From positions 34,286,001 to 34,350,000 of the forward strand of contig OZ024753.1 in NCBI GenBank assembly GCA_964016885.1: a stretch of 64,000 nucleotides of DNA, written 5' to 3'. Below are positions 62,021-64,000 of this stretch, in pieces; position 1 is the stretch's first letter, and the number at the start of each line of letters is the position of its first letter. Below the pieces are notes generated by a model. That model searched no databases and was not told the DNA's origin. It saw only the letters and a program-made list of their open reading frames with translations. Made by a program: the position numbers and the translations under genes. Source of the stretch: Eledone cirrhosa. Lineage: Eukaryota.

Positions 62021-62492
62021 GCTTCAAGGAATGATATTTCTATGTCCAGTGGGTGGTCAACGTGGTAGTGGCAGCGCCATCTTACGCATAGGGTTTAGTC
62101 TACTGAAGGACATACGGTGCGTCTATTCCATCTTTATCCCCTTCCTCATACCTACTACAGCAAGGCCGGACCTGAAATCATTCACGTCAATTAACTCAAG
62201 CTACCCCATGAATTGTTTTTATGTTGCCGTTTATTTCACTCAATCATGTCACTGTACACCCATTTTGTTAAACTGCTTTTTACAATTACATTTCAATTCT
62301 TTGCTCAACCTTTGGCTCTCTTTATACGGACAAACAGGCTGTCATTCATTTCCCGAGCAACGCCGGGTACATCTGCTAGTATATATATATAGGAGAGTAA
62401 ATAATGCATGTAATTGCTACATGATTCTTCCATAAATATATCAATATGCTCTCACACAAAACACACACTCTTTCTCTCTCTCTGTATATATA

Positions 62493-62535
<43 letters not shown>

Positions 62536-62874
62536 ATATATATTATATATATATATATAATATTATCGCCCTGTGGTCTCTCTCACACACACACAAATAC
62601 ACAAAGGATTTCTTCAATCCCTCACTGTCACAGGTAATTTCTCTTCTCTTCCATACCTTTCAATAGAACGAAGCCTTATTTATTCTCTCCTTCCATCGTT
62701 TTATTCCCAACCTTTCTCATACTTTTATTTACAGCGTTTCGTGAAACACAGAGAAATAGAGAAATGGATTCCATACATAAATATCCACAAACAACAATAA
62801 AAATAAAAGTAAAAATAAAAATAAACAATAGCCTACAACCGACATCCCCCCCTCCAGCAGACTTTCAATTACAT

Positions 62875-63990
62875 TTGTATGTGTACACTTGTGTGTATGT
62901 ATACGTATAGATTTATATGTGTATGTATACGTATAGATTAATATGTGTATGTGTAAACTTGTGTGTATGTATACGTATAGATTAATATGTGTATGTGTAA
63001 ACTTGTGTGTATGTATAAGTATAGATTAATATGTGTATGTATACGTATAGATTAATGTGTGTATGTATACGTATAGATTACTATGTGTATGTATACGTAT
63101 AGATTACTATGTGTATGTATACGTATAGATTAATATGTGTATGTGTAAACTTGTGTGTATGTATACGTATAGATTAATATGTGTATGTATACGTATAGAT
63201 TAATGTGTGTATGTATACGTATAGATTAATGTGTGTATGTGTACACTTGTGTGTATGTATACGTATAGATTACTATGTGTATGTATACGTATAGATTACT
63301 ATGTGTATGTATACGTATAGATTACTATGTGTATGTATACGTATAGATTAATATGTGTATGTGTAAACTTGTGTGTATGTATACGTATAGATTAATATGT
63401 GTATGTATACGTATAGATTAATGTGTGTATGTGTACACTTGTGTGTATGTATACGTTTAGATTAATATGTGTATGTATACGTATAGATTAATGTGTGTAT
63501 GTGTAAACTTGTGAGTATGTATACGTATAGATTAATGTGTGTATGTGTAAACTTGTGTGTATGTGTAAACTTGTGTGTATGTATACGTATAGATTAATAT
63601 GTGTATGTTTACGTATAGATTAATGTGTGTATGTATACGTATAGATTAATGTGTGTATGTGTACACTTGTGTGTATGTATACGTATAGATTAATGTGTAT
63701 GTGTACACTTGTGTGTATGTGTAAACTTGTGTGTATGTTTACGTATAGATTAATATGTGTATGTGTACACTTGTGTGTATGTATACGTATAGATTAATGT
63801 GTATGTTTACGTATAGATTAATGTGTGTATGTGTACACTTGTGTGTATGTATACGTATAGATTAATATGTGTATGTGTACGTATAGATTAATATGTGTAT
63901 GTGTACGTATAGATTAATGTGTATATGTGTACGCTTGTGTGTGTATATGTGTGTGTACGCTTGTGTGTGTATGTAGGTATAGACTAATGT
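62875..63990. repeat. Minisatellite of GTATGTATACGTATAGATTAATATGT and GTGTA(A/C)ACTTGT modules
   Basis: Direct inspection. Confidence 0.92.
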
Positions 63991-64000
63991 GTGCATTTAT

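Overview
AT-rich, microsatellite-laden animal genomic DNA. The SINE/RTE repertoire and (TA)n load suggest an octopod cephalopod (inference). It holds one host gene on the + strand, a ZNF366/ZNF710 (DC-SCRIPT)-like transcription factor with 11 C2H2 fingers. Its coding exons are 6620-10132, 28748-28982, 29783-29884 and 31799-33369 (about 1806 aa), with a possible 24-nt upstream microexon at 3127-3150. The rest is mobile DNA and repeats: RTE-clade LINE fragments, a full-length but inactivated Tc1/mariner-superfamily element, piggyBac- and Tc1-type MITEs, two tRNA-SINE families, L1/Tx1 3' ends, minisatellites, and an ~8.6 kb (TA/TATG)n region containing a 200-N gap. Most ORF-track entries are microsatellite artefacts. 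The main unexplained signal is a set of short non-coding cassettes inserted in (TA)n tracts, often as fold-back inversions with two alternative 3' ends. They carry hammerhead ribozyme (HHR) motifs from at least five unrelated families, which fits Penelope-like element pseudo-LTRs or retrozyme-like RNAs. Two HHRs have the rare U3:A8 core. One related pair shows fully compensatory stem I changes. One two-copy family appears to hold the HHR core segments in a non-circularly permuted order. All ribozyme calls are hand-folded and untested.
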